From NCBI GenBank assembly GCA_051362555.1, contig CM120646.1, forward strand, positions 496,001 to 560,000: DNA of 64,000 bases, given 5' to 3'. Both the position numbers and the translations under genes were made by a program. Shown here one piece after another: positions 32,764 to 45,700 of the stretch (position 1 is its first letter; each line of letters starts with the position of its first letter). This stretch comes from Lingula anatina (lineage: Eukaryota; Animalia; Brachiopoda). The notes below the pieces were generated by a model. That model saw only the letters and a program-made list of their open reading frames with translations, had not been told where the DNA came from and made no database searches.

Positions 32764-33663
32764 TGTTGGCTGTGGAAGTTAAATCAGTAAAAATGGTAAA
32801 ATAATATGATTCAAGATATCTTTCTCAACTTTCCATGCAAACAGAATAGTGCCGCAGAAAATTAATTTTCGGGACTCTATTTGTTAGAGAACAGCCGCAT
32901 TCCTTTTGGGTTCGAGTCACTGGGTTCGAGTCCGTTCTACGTCTTTAATTAAAGTTAGTATTTTGTAATTCATTTATCATCTTTTTATTGAGACAATAAC
33001 ACATCAGTTTAAGTAGCTTATGGAAGATGTTCGCTGCGTTTAACGTGTGTGATGGAACAAAGATGTTTATTAGTTTTTTAATTAATACCAGTAACTAGAG
33101 CTACGACGAACGTTGCCTACTTATTAGCAATTGGTGTTGATGATAAAATAAATGATTTACTATGACATCGTCAGTTTAAGATTATAAAAATTGCCAAAAG
33201 AAACGGAAATGACTTTATATTTTAATAATGTTCATTCCTTCCTGTGGTATATCATGTAAAATTTAAGAGAAAGATTGCATTTGAAATGCGAAAGTGAAAG
33301 TGAAATTGACAGGAGTGGCAGACAGTCTGCTGTTACCACGTGACTTAGGTCGTGTCACATTTCAGGTTTTCAGTATCAGACTATCAGGCTATATATATAT
33401 ATATATATATCTGTGTTAATTCGCACAATTATAACTTAATTGACCTCTTCATATAACACAGCCTCCCACAACCTTATAATACCATTTACAAAATTTAAAC
33501 AAGATTCATGTTTTTATGTCCCATATCAGATGAAAGATATATACCCTTAAATGCATGTACAGACTTTTACAATCTTTTGAGATACTTTTTATCAATTACT
33601 TATGAAAATAAGTACTGCACAAGAATTTATCAACTTTGCAGTCGCCGGGGTTCATTTGTCCAC

Positions 33664-36600
33664 ATGCCAAAACACTTTAAGCCCCCAGGAGAAGATGAAC
33701 GTTTGGGTGCTATTGGGATCAGGAAGAAAAAGGTAACAATCATGGTTCAGCATTAACTATGGGTGCTTTCCCAGAGATTTAGATTGATCTAGAGATTAAG
33801 ATTTAGATCGACCTAACTCCTTGGGGGTTCACTCTAAATTGCAGTCAGCCGAGCGGGCACCATAGTTAATTACCCCCTTACAGCTTTTAGTAGGCGGGAC
33901 TGATGCTTAAGCCGACCAAGCTGACAGTAATCTAGTGAGACTCCCCACAGGGATAGATCAATCTAAAAATCTATGGAAATGGGGTGTATATTGTATTGTA
34001 TTGTATTTATAGAAACATTTTTATTTGTTTATATACATAATATTGCATTGCATTGCATTGCATTACATTACATTCCATTATATTACATTATCTTATTTTT
34101 ATAAAAACCATAATTATCTGTTTATATACATTAACTTTCAACATGTTTTTTTCCTGTTTACAGTATCTCTCTAGTACCAGTGCCGCTTCATCAGAAAAAG
34201 TAACAAGATCAAAGGCCAGAGCAGCTACAATAAGCAGTGATGACTATATTCTGGAACACAGTAGACTTTACATGCACCGGAGAAGTCAAGCCGAACCATC
34301 GGCAGACTTGCTGAAAGCTCTGACTCCAGGTGTGGGGCTCTTTTTCTTATTGCCATAATTAAAGGAATGCAGGATAACTTGAATATCACTTTTTAGTGAT
34401 TTATGTGTATATATATATGTATGTATACTATCATGCTCATGCTTTATTTTTTGTGTACTGTGCATACGTAAATTAAAAGACATTTTGCTTCAAACAAAAC
34501 GGGCAATACAATGAAGACATTTGGCCAAAAGCTCTTATACCAGATATTATTATATATAATATATCTTTTAAGATATAAATTTTGTCAGTCAAGTTATGAA
34601 GGGGGAACAAGTGAACTACTGGTGTTATGTAATGAATGAAATAATTCAATTCCAATACAAGCTTGTGTACACTGAACAAGTCACAGAATATCAGCGAAAA
34701 AAATATGATGACAGCTTCTCCTCATTCATAGTCTTGATCTACCAGCAGTATGTCACAAATATCAAACGCGATTCAGGGATGGATCCAGAATTATTTGAAG
34801 GGAGGGGGAGTCCAGAATGACAGGCCTCGGATACGAAGCCAAACATCATCCCCTTGACATGGGGTTCAAGGCTGCTCAAGGACCCCGAAAATTTTTTATT
34901 GTTTTGGAGGGGAAACTGTGCCCTTTGGTACGGTTTAGTGATGATTTAGCCACAGTCAAAAATTCTAGTTTCAAGAGGAGAATAATGGTATGGTAGATTT
35001 TTTTAGAAACCGAAGGAGGGATCAGGACCCCCCTGACCTCCTCCCCCCCCTCTAAATCCGCCACTGCGCTTGATGCTGTAACTCTTTTTTTTTTTTTTTT
35101 TATATACATATTATCTAATACTCAAATTACTCTACCTGTCTCAAAAAGGAATTGCTAAGTTGGCTCTATGAGCCTCTCTCCAATTATTAATCTCATTATG
35201 TTGCAATTTAAATTTAATTTATATTTATCTAAGAAGATGTTCACAGGGTAAACCAACATTAGGAGGTTTGATTTCATCGCTTAGATATCTGATGAAAACA
35301 GATAATTCACTCTGTCAGTACAATTCAAATATTATTAAGTTATTTTCAATTTGAATATTTAGGGTACGACGATGTAATTAATTAAAAAGTGTTATATAGT
35401 ATAACATCTCTTATGTGTGAGTGTGTATAAGCGAGTGTTTGTTTGTTTGTTTGTTTTTGTATTGTCATGTATTCGTGATGTATTGTGTCAATAAAAAAAA
35501 AACAGTAACTCTTTTTAGTATTCAATCATTTCCCATCATTCCAGACCCTGACCTATTTCTCCCTATGCCAAAGCCGCACGACATGGACTGGTTAGCTCAC
35601 CACCCTGAGAAGGGTCAAACCTTCGAACAGTTCGTGGCACAGCCCCACAATAAACCCGATGCTAAGCGCAATGTAATTCACCTGCTGCCATTGAGGTTCT
35701 TTGAGAAGTCGGTGCCAGATGATGCATTAGAGGCGTTGAAGGAGTATGCCTCATATTTTTTCTTGGGGATGAAAGTGAAGATTTTGAAGGGGAAATATTT
35801 TGCCAAGAAAGTTGTTCATCGTAAAAATCCTGATACAGGACACAAACAGGTGGATATTGACTTGTTTCTTTATTTCTTTTATGTTTGTTTATTAATTGAT
35901 ACACAGATGAATACTTTAAAATTATCATATAATCATATTGAAGCAAGGTACTGTTTAAACAAATGTTTTAAAAAAATGCATTTAAACCATGCATCCCCGC
36001 AGAGACTTACTTTTACCACCTTCCCTCCTTCCACTGCCTCCTCCCCCCCTCCCCACTCACCCCTCCACTCCCTCCTCCCCCATTCCCCACTCACCCCTCC
36101 ACTCCCTCCTCCCCCATTCCCCACCCCCCTCTCCACTCCCTCCTCCCCCATTCCCCACCCCCCTCTCCACTCCCTCCTCCCCCATTCCCCACTCACCCCT
36201 CCACTCCCTCCTCCCCCATTCCCCACTCCCCCTCTCCACTCCCTCCTCCCCCATTCCCCACTCCCCTCTCCACTCCCTCCTCCCCCATTCCCCACCCCCC
36301 TCTCCACTCCCTCCTCCCCCATTCCCCACCCCCCTCTCCACTCCCTCTTCCTCCATTCCCCACTCACCCCTCCACTCCCCCCTCCCCCATTCCTCACCCC
36401 CCTCTCCACTCCCTCTTCCTCCATTCTCCACTCACCCCTCCACTTCCTCCTCCCCCATTCCCCACCCACCCCTCCACTTCTTCACCCCTTTCCCCACTCA
36501 CCCCTCCACTCCCTCCACCCCCATTCCCCACTCACCCCTCCACTCCCTCCTCTCCCATTCCCCCTCCCCCTCTCCACTACCCCCTCCCCCATTCCCCACT

Positions 36601-37836
36601 CACCCCTCCACTTCTTCACCCCTTTCCCCTTGTTTCTTCAATGAAATCTTTGTTAATATTAATTAGCAGTGACTTTATTTCAGGTACATGCTGAGCACAT
36701 TCTGTTACACATGCTAGGTCGGGGGCGTCTCGATAGTCCGAAGGTTCATTGGTCCGAAAAACGGTAACATTTTCATCGCTTTTTTAATCAAGGGTTCATT
36801 GGTCCGAAGATTCTGTGGTGAACATTCGGACCAATGAACCTTCGGACTATTGAATCTTCGGACTATTGCTACGGCCCCGCTAGGTCTGGTACAAGAGGAC
36901 TCCCTTCTCCACCACCCACATCTCACCAATGCTTCAATGAATTCTAAAATCTCAATAGCAAAATCTTTTTTATATGACATCAGTAGTGTTGTTGTTTCAG
37001 GTAAATGCTGAGCACATCCTGTTACACATGCTAGGTCTAGTACAAGAGAACTCCTACTGTGTGGCTGGTATTACACTGTGTGATCTGTACCCCAGGGAAG
37101 AGTGGAACTTTGTCTTTGGTCTGGCCAGTCTGTCATCTCGCTGTGGGGTCTACTCCCTAGCAAGGTACCTGCCTGGGTTTGGTGAGGAGGAGGAGGAGGA
37201 GGAGACAGAGGAGGAAAGGTAAGTTATTACATGTACTAACTCTGATTTAAATACTCAAAGGGAGGGGGGAGAGGTAATAATCTTTACTCAATCATTTTAC
37301 TGTATATATGTACAATATAAGAAGGGTGTTTACAAAATTTTTAATTTGGAGTCATTTTGGATCCCCTTCCCCCCAAATGCAGCACCAAAATGATGATAAT
37401 AAATTATTAATTTGGTCATCCTTTTGGCATTTTGATTAACTTTGGGAAATCCAAATGAATGTCTTGTTTTCAAGTTAGCTGTGGTTAAGTTGAAGTTGTT
37501 ACATTTTTCAGTTGTTACATTTTCTTTCTTTTTCTTGACAGTGTGGCATCAGCGAATTTGATACGAAGGGCATGTCTTCTCATGTGTCACGAGATAGGAC
37601 ACATGTTTGGATTGCGACATTGTATCTATTTTAAATGTATCATGAATGGCTCCAATCATCTGATGGAATTTGACAGGAAGTTGCTGTTTTTGTGTCCTGT
37701 ATGTTTACGGAAACTTCACCATTCTTTGGCGTTTGATATTGTAGAACGCTACAAGAATATGTTGGTGTTTTGTGAAAAGTACGGAATTACTGATGAAGCT
37801 CAATGGCTGAGGCGCAGGATTTCCAAACTGCAATAG
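33664..37836 (+). CDS. Archaemetzincin (AMZ2-like M54 zinc metalloprotease), 5 exons, ~350 aa
   Basis: Exons 33664-33732, 34164-34329, 35545-35849, 37001-37218, 37542-37836. Motifs DWLAHHPEKGQTFEQF, DLYPREEWNFVFGLA, HEIGHMFGLRHC..FKCIMNGSN and LCPVCLRKL. Confidence 0.92.
34774..35066. mobile_element. Short G/C-run MITE-like repeat (related copy at 45027-45250)
   Basis: Both copies start CAGG...TTTGAAGGG and end GGGATCAGGACCCCCCTGA...CTAAAT...CCACTG. CAG..CTG ends suggest hAT-type; no clean TSD. Confidence 0.45.
35134..35495 (+). repeat. Dispersed ~360-bp intronic repeat, copy 1 (copy 2 at ~63509-63870)
   Basis: Shared blocks ACCTGTCTCAAAA..ATTGCT.AGTTGGCTCTA, CTTAGATATCTG, CACTCTGT.AGTACA and GTGATGTATTGTGTCAAT. 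Confidence 0.7.
36020..36630. repeat. C-rich ~33-bp minisatellite in AMZ intron 3
   Basis: Units like CCCCATTCCCCACTCACCCCTCCACTCCCTCCT, with almost no G on the + strand. Confidence 0.9.
36674..36904 (+). repeat. Duplicated AMZ intron3/exon4 acceptor (pseudo-exon start) interrupted by a MITE
   Basis: ttcAG-GTACATGCTGAGCACATTCTGTTACACATGCTAGGTC[insert]TGGTACAAGAGGACTCC matches the true exon start at 37001. Confidence 0.85.
36721..36878. mobile_element. 158-bp MITE with 8-bp TSD
   Basis: TSD GCTAGGTC at 36713-36720 and 36879-36886. TIR GGGG.CGT...ATAGTCCGAAG, with internal GTCCGAA repeats. Confidence 0.85.
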
Positions 37837-39732
37837 TCACGAGAAGCAGGACATTTTTAGAAAATTATTTGAAAATATTATTGAATTAGAATTTCAATAA
37901 ATCACACATTCCTGCATGCAGCGTTACTTTGCAGTGTGATAAAACAAGATTTTTTCAAGGGGGGAAAATATCAATTTTTCAGATACATAATTTTGGAATC
38001 ATTGTGGTACGGGTATTTTCTCTGTATAGAATAGAACTATCAGGTGTCCTGCTTTTCAGTTGTGTTGTAATCACTCAACATGCAGGAATGTTCTAATTTT
38101 CTGAATTTTCAGAATTTATGATTTAAAAATACAGTATCTGTAAAATTCACAATTTTTCCCCATTGAATAGATCGAGTAATTACTGATATTTTCTGATTTC
38201 ATTCAGCTAAGTGCGCTGAAAAGATAAAGTGTTCTTAATATATAAATAATTTTAATTTACTCTATATACATTCAGATGCTGTAACCTTAACTTCTTTGCC
38301 ATACACTAATATTTTATGTGTGCAGCAACATTTATTTATGCTCTGATAATATAGAATGTCAAGATAGAATACGTCACTTAACTCCCAACAATCTCATACA
38401 TTGACACAATGAAAATACACAGTCAAAAATATGTGCATCACAAGATAATTTTATTTATGTATAAGTGAATCAATATTTTATATAAATTAATATCAATTAA
38501 AATAATAAAATTTAATTAAGACCTTTATATATTACATACATTTATAATTACATTGGATTTCTTTAAATGTATTTATTGTAAACTGGACAATAGAATGCCT
38601 TATAGATTGACAATACTAGTACAAGAAAAAGTGGTTGAAAAGTAGAAAAACATCGTTCGGCTGATAAAATTAGCTGAATGATATATATTCAAAAACATTT
38701 CATATTTTGAAGTTTTTATTCTTTAGTCTGTAAATATAAATGTTTAAATTCTCATTTATCACTGGAATAAAAATGGACTGAACAGAACTGGTGTTTTATT
38801 TTTTGGCTTTCCATTAGATCCAGCATGGACATAATGAGATAATGTCATTATGTCCAAGGATCCAGGAACAAAAGCAAACTCACAGGTGATTGCGATAGAT
38901 GTGAATGCGGTGAGTTAATTGCGCTGTATGCTTGATCTCCTCTGCCAATGCAGTACCGGATGTTGTAAAAAAATAATCCCCGTTCTAAAAATAGAAACGA
39001 GAAGCCGCGAGACTTATTTGTGAAAAAGAAAGTGTTTTGGTTTTTCCCTGGTAATGGCTGTGCGCTACATTCACCGTGCGAGTTGATCTAAAAATTGTCC
39101 CGGTAACATGTAGAGACTTGTTGGAGTCTTGTCAGTAAGTGGTTTATGAATCATCGTATTTAAAACTACAGGTACATGTACATATACATGTGTACGATGT
39201 CTTTGCTTTGGGAAATTAGTCGTGTCCCTGCCGACGTTAAATATATTATATGTGCACAAATTAAATAGGAAAGAACTGCATTTAACTTATATACCTCCCA
39301 CCCCTGTGAAATTGACATATGCTGTAACTGTATAGTAGTCTCCAGGGGGAGAAAGTGGGGAGTTTTTTTTTTTTTGTAACTTTTAGCCCTACGTTTACAT
39401 TGTCTAAGGAGAGCCTTTGCAGACCTTGCAGGTAGAGCCCCTCCATTAAAGGAGAAAAGGTCTTAATTCAATGCAAAGGTCTGAATTCACTGAATCATGA
39501 CACACAACACTTAATTAATTTTATTTACTATAAATTGTAACTATGAAAACTTTACTTAATTTATAACTTGGTTTAGTTGGGAATCTGCATGTCTAATTTA
39601 TATGTGTAAGTAAAAAAGGAAGAAAAAGTGAAAGGAAAATTCCACCTCCCTTCATATCATTTTGCAAATAATGTATTTCAGGTTTCACAAAACACAAACC
39701 AGAACGTACCGGTAGATCCTGGGCTCACAGAA

Positions 39733-42700
39733 ATGGTGAGGCCTATTTTCATCAATTTTGAATTCTGACTGAGTGAGGTAGGTACATGTACTGATATACA
39801 ATTAACACTATAGGGATACAAGTCAAGTATGTTCAGCAGTGGTTTAATTATTTTTATATTTTTGTCAGATATATGACTTTTGTTTGTACTGTTAAATCTG
39901 TTAGGTGATTCAGTGATTGGACTCAGGCTGATATATTTCACTTTGTAAGTGCGGCTGGTATATGAAGGCAAATGTTTCCTTAATGATTGAGGTGATCAAA
40001 TTACAACCCCCCCCCCCTCCCACCCGCTACACAGGGAGGCCTTTATTGACCAACTACTGGTTTATAATTACCTTAAAGACATACAACTACATGGACATCT
40101 AAGGTTAAGTTCTTATTTTACCTTCTTTTAAATATTTGTATTCAACATATTATCAGCCTAATACAACTTAACCCCATAGCGCCGGGAACCGCACATATGC
40201 GGTTCATTTTAAAAAGTCCCCAGTGCCGGGAACTGCATATACGCGGTTTCTGTGTTTACATTCTTGTACTGTCCCCTGTCCTTTGTAACAATTCATGCTT
40301 CTATCACAAGACTAACTTAATGTTAGTTTTTTGTTTACTACCGGCTTCTGAAAGACGTGTAGCGAGAATTAGATAATGAAAAAGCGATTTATTTCAACCA
40401 TTGTCGAGGCGCTATGAAATCATAATGGTGGCGAGAAGTCAGCAGAAGTTATGGGTTGAGAAATATTTTAGATTTGTAAGAAAATTCAGACTTCGGGGAA
40501 GAGTCCTTGATAGATTTTGATACTCCGATAACTTCAAAGATGATGTACCTTTGGCTAGTATGAGCTGTCAGAGAGCAGATTCGGATGTGGGGCTTGATTT
40601 ATGAAAAACGCTGATGATACTAACGGCAGTAACCAAGCAGACGACATTAGTAATTGGAATGGCTATATTGGTGATAAAATGACTGTAACCGTTTTCGTGG
40701 CAAGTCAGCTAGGCTAAATGTTGCCTTGTGTGCTGCATCAACATGTCTTTTCCTGCTTGTGCATAAATACAAATGTCATATGTTACGCTGTACTGCATCA
40801 ACATGTCTTTTCCTGCTTATGTCTTAAGTGCCAATGACATATGTTTACTTGTGTGCTGCATCAACATACGGTAAAGTGCCATGAATTTCGAACGGCTCTT
40901 GAATTTCGATCGATCTAAAAATCGGCCGTCTGGAGTTTTTTCTGGACCATGAATTTCGGCCAGTAAGCAATTTTGCGCGATCTTCATTTCGTGAATTTCG
41001 TACACCTTAAAATCGGCCACCGGGCTATTCTCGCGCTTATAAAGATCTAACAGTCGGCAATGTTGCCCTAGCGTACCTTTACCTGAGTACTACGTGTGCG
41101 GCCCAAGGTGCAAGATAACGATCACTACAGTTAGTTTAGGACGCTAAACAACATCGTCATATCCATTCATTCAGATAACAGGAGAATCTATTAAGAGTTT
41201 CACTGTCGGGCTGTTGTTTCTTTACCGCAGTATTCGGTGTGAGATAGCGATCGGTAGTTTTGCTGAGGCGCACAATAGCATTGTTAACAGTAGAGACTTC
41301 AGTAACAGAACAAAAGAGCAATATTAAGAGCTGCAATAAAGATTACCATTATTGCTTTCTTGTCTCGCTCAGATTTTTCACGATCTCCCGCTGACGATCT
41401 TCCACTAATGAAGTCCCTTGAAATGTACAAATGAAATGAAAAATATTTTTAAAAATTATAAATTCCAATGGAGAGGGATGGAGGGTTAAAAACAATCGAG
41501 AACGATCTCCGGCTGACGATCTGCCGCAAACGAAAGCCACTGAACGAGTATGAGCTTTCTCGTTTCACTCGGATTGAGACGCTGAGGATACGAAAATTGC
41601 GTTCTCGTCTCGCCCTTTGGCTTACGAAGTCTCTTTAACAAATATGAAAATTGCCTCCTGGTCTCTCTCGGATTGCGAACGATCTCTCGCTGAAAATTTG
41701 AAATTTTCCTTTTTGTCAATCAGCTTTGTCAGTTGCCGTGCGTATGAAGGTCCGGAAGGTGTCCCCTTTCACAAATTGGCCTGTAGTTTGCTTAGTGTTT
41801 TGTACCGCATGAAGGTCACTCTTGTCACTGCTGCATACGGCGTGGAATGTGTATCTTAAAGTTAAAGTTCATAGAAACATTTTATTGTGTTTTGTAAGCT
41901 TTAGGAAGTAGTTTCGTCGTGACTGAATATCAGCGTACACTACAAAGTAGTACCATTCATCTGTGACGCATCATAAAAGCTAGGTACGTCAAATTACTCT
42001 AAGAAAATTTCTTACAACGTCCACGGCTGTCCCGACAAGCTAAGACGTCATTTAAAAAAAGTCGCAAGCCGTCTAGCCGTCTTTGAAAATATGACGGCTG
42101 GACGGTTCGCTGGGAAAAGCCTTGCTCATAAGGGTATATTTATTTAACTAGGGGCTTACTGACATCACCCAGCTTACATGCGGGTGCATGCCTCCCAAAA
42201 TTATATTAAAGGATAAAATTGTAATATATCTAAGTTTAATTGTTTGTAAATTTTGTAAAAATTGCCCATGCCACCCCGTTAGTTTGGAGGGTTAAGCTGG
42301 ATCAAGTCCGTGTCAAAATTCTTTGAAACTTTGCAGGAAAAATCAATCTTCCTTTGTTTCTCTGGCTCCTTGTTTAGCCCAATGATCAGATTTATCTAGT
42401 GCCCCCAGGTCTGCTGGAGCAGCTCTTTGAAATAACACACAGGTAGATTTTTATCTGAGATAAATATTGCGTTCGATACACTCAAGACAAAAGCTACCTG
42501 TGAGCTGAAGGGCACTTTACCCTCTAATTAAGAGGTAAAGCAAGTTCCAGCTAGATGGACGATTAAGATCGGACTTCAGATGGTAACTAGTATTGTTTAC
42601 CTCAGTTCTGTGAAAGCAAACGAGAAGGGTGTCAGAACAATGGTGCATAATTATATAAATTATACAGAGAATTTGTACATTCAGGTGACATTAACTTATA

Positions 42701-45700
42701 ATCGAAGGGGATTTTCGATAATATTCCTTGAAAAGTACACTAGATTTAAAGAGAATAATATCATGGTTGGCCAAAAAATTATATAGGCACAGTGTATCCG
42801 TGCGTATGCCTGGTTACGCCCCTGTCGCAAACCAGCAAACCATATCCTGCGGACTACATGAAAATTGCCTTCTACATGTAGCATGGACAAAAAGTCCAAG
42901 CTTCTATGCTTGCTCGGATCGCTGACGATCTCTTGCTGACGAATAAAGTAACGAAGTCCCTTGAACTAGTGTGGAAATTGGCTTATTGTCGCGCTCAGAT
43001 CGCTCACTATCTCCTATTGACGATCTTCCAGTCCCTTCAACGAATATAAAAACTGCCTTTTCGGTTTACTCTAGATTACCTATCTCTCGCGTTTGTTTGA
43101 AGATGGTTTCAATGACAAAACGTACACGCTTTTCAAATGCGTACATTGACGCAACTATGCGCCAGGAAATCAGTTGCTGCTGCTGGTTAAGATTGGGTTG
43201 CCTGAGCGAAAACAAAATAAATAAAAATAAAACGGCCCTGCACCCCCCCCCCCCCAAACCTAGTATATTTGATCGCAGACAACAATCAGCGGTCATCTTG
43301 GTCGCAGCGCACGACGGAGAAAGACCGTAATACACAGTTCGGCTGCCGTGGCGAAGGCTACCTGTGCGCCGCACATACCGATCTGCGGTCGTAGTGGCCT
43401 CCCCGCACGGAGGAGAGGCCGTAGTGCCGAGGCCGGCTTCTGCAGGGAAGGCTACGTATGCGTCGGAGACACCGACCCGCGAACGGCGAGATGAGGACGC
43501 ATTCGCGCGTAAAGCTCCGCCCGACTTTAACGGTAAAGGCAACGAACCTGGTCGCGGAAGACACTTATCGCAGATGAAGGCTACCTGCACGTGCGCCATA
43601 GACACTGATCGGCTGTCGTCTCAGTTTCAGTGCACGGAAAGAAGCAACGGTAACACTAAGATTCCATAGTAAAGGTTATCTGGCCGTGGCAGACGCTAAT
43701 CGTCGGCCGTCTCTCCCTCCGTCCACTCCCGTTCTGAGCGCCAGGATCGTTTTTGAAAAACGACACTAGTTTCTGGCTGCCAGAATCGCTTTTGAAAAAC
43801 GACACTACTTTTGCGGCCCTAAACAACAGCACCGCTCTATCTATGGGCCATACACAGTGATCGGGTGAAAGTACGTGTATGCCTTTGGTCGCAATTACCG
43901 ACACTAACACAATCATACATTATGGTAACTCTAAATAGATCGTCGGGAGAAGATAACAGAAGGCCTAGCGACGAACAGACAACTTCCGGTCAAAATTGAC
44001 AGAATTCCATGAAATTCGAACTTTCGGAAGTTCTGAGCACCTCCATTTCATGAATTTCGGCCAGAACGATCTTTTCCCAAATTTAATTATTTTCTACTGT
44101 TCGAAATTCATGGCACATTACCGTATGTCTTTTCCTGCTTGTGTATAAATACAGATGTTATATGTTTACTAGTGCGCTGTATCAACATATCTTTTCCTGC
44201 TTGTGTATTAGTACAAATGCCACGTTTACTTGTATTTTTATGATGCAATTTTTATTCACGAAAGTGTAATATTTGCTCATGATAATGCAACTCTCTGACG
44301 TGATGCAGGTTTTTAGGTACAGCACGCATCCCAGGAAATTTATTATATCTCAAAAACTAAATAAGATATCTTTCTGAAATTTTGTGACATTGTTTAAAAC
44401 ATATTTCGGATGTTTATGAGAAAATTTCAAGAAATTATTTGGTAAAGTGAAAAAGAATGTGCATGCTGAAATTAAAGTTTTGTTTTTTACTTCTCTTCGA
44501 GAAAAGCAAGTCTCATATTTAAACTCCTGCTATTTCTACCTAAGTTAACAAATGTGAATAAAACTGATATGACTTTAAAGCTTACATTCTTGGCTTTCTA
44601 AAAATGTACCGTTCTTAGGTGTTTTCTAGACAAGTAAGTACATTATCATCGATTAAATGAGGCCGCCTGTAAAATTGAGTGCATCTGGGTAGAGGGCTCA
44701 GGACCAAGGGCACTTTCTAGGTCAAATGCTGCCAGGCTCTATGGGGTTAAGGAAAATTCCGCTTTAGATAACTATGTTATTTTGTCTGTTTTCAGTATAT
44801 GTTTTTTCCAACAACACAGATGGGGTCCTGTGAAGAACTAAAGTTAGATGACCTACATGATAAATTACTTGGCATGCAAAATCAGATCACCAAATTGCAG
44901 GAATTATATGATGGAAGAATAACGACTATTGAAGATGCAACTGCCAAGTTACAACAAACTATTCAGAAATGGCAAAGCTTCTCTGACATTGATATTGAAT
45001 CAGGTAATATGTGCATGACTTGTTCTCAGGCTAATCTGGGATTGTTTGAAGGGGGGGGGGGGGTGCAAAGCCGATCCATCCCTCCCCTTGTCTTGAGGTT
45101 CGGGGCTGAAATTTTTGATATTCTAGAGGGCAGAACTGTGATCGGCTAGTCAAAATTATAATTTGAAGCGGAGACCTTAGGTGGGATTTTTTTCAGAAAT
45201 TGAAGTGGGGATCAGGACCCCCCTGAAGCCCCCCCCTAAATATACCACTGATGTTTTATATGGCACGTAGTCATAGGACACTTGAACTAGTTGTAATAGG
45301 GCTATCACTAGTGGGCTGGATTTGGTCTTAAAGTGCAATTTAAGTTCACAAGTGATTATACACGATCTTAATCATTACAGCAGTAGTCTTAAAATGGACT
45401 GAATCTGCTTTTAAGATCAAAAATGATCTAACATCTACTTATGTGGTCAAGCAGTTTCCTCCCCTCACAACGTGGGGTGCCTCCCCTCACAATAGAGACG
45501 CCAGTGTGGCTTGTCTTGTGACCTAGTTTTCCATTGGAGTATCGATTTGCAACTCACGTGTTATCGTTGGTGTTAATGTTTGAATACAATTTTGAAGTCT
45601 TTATCAGCGTGTTTCTTATTCTGTTGCTGAGACGTTTACACTTTACTGGCGTGGCGGCAGCGGTGGCGAATCAAAGGACCCACAAACCAGCAGCAATTAT

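Larger units (their letters stand above)
40172..44746. mobile_element. Internally deleted piggyBac-like transposon
   Basis: TTAA flanks (40168-40171, 44747-44750). TIR CCCCATAGCGCCGGG / CCAGGCTCTATGGGG. Subterminal direct repeat GCCGGGAAC.GCA.ATA.GCGGTT. Acidic remnant ([13 protein letters not shown]) near 40520. No intact transposase. Confidence 0.8.

Noticed and set aside
33760-33985. Possible small MITE related to 17516-17650
   Set aside because: Only short shared words and degraded inverted ends; boundaries and TSD could not be fixed.
35850-36666. Pro-rich / Gly-rich ORFs (extensin-like)
   Set aside because: Translations of an intronic C-rich minisatellite; the AMZ exon ends at the 35849 donor.
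43066-43669. GC-rich ORFs of 101-179 aa inside the TA-flanked element
   Set aside because: Overlapping on both strands with no motifs; expected from the local GC content.
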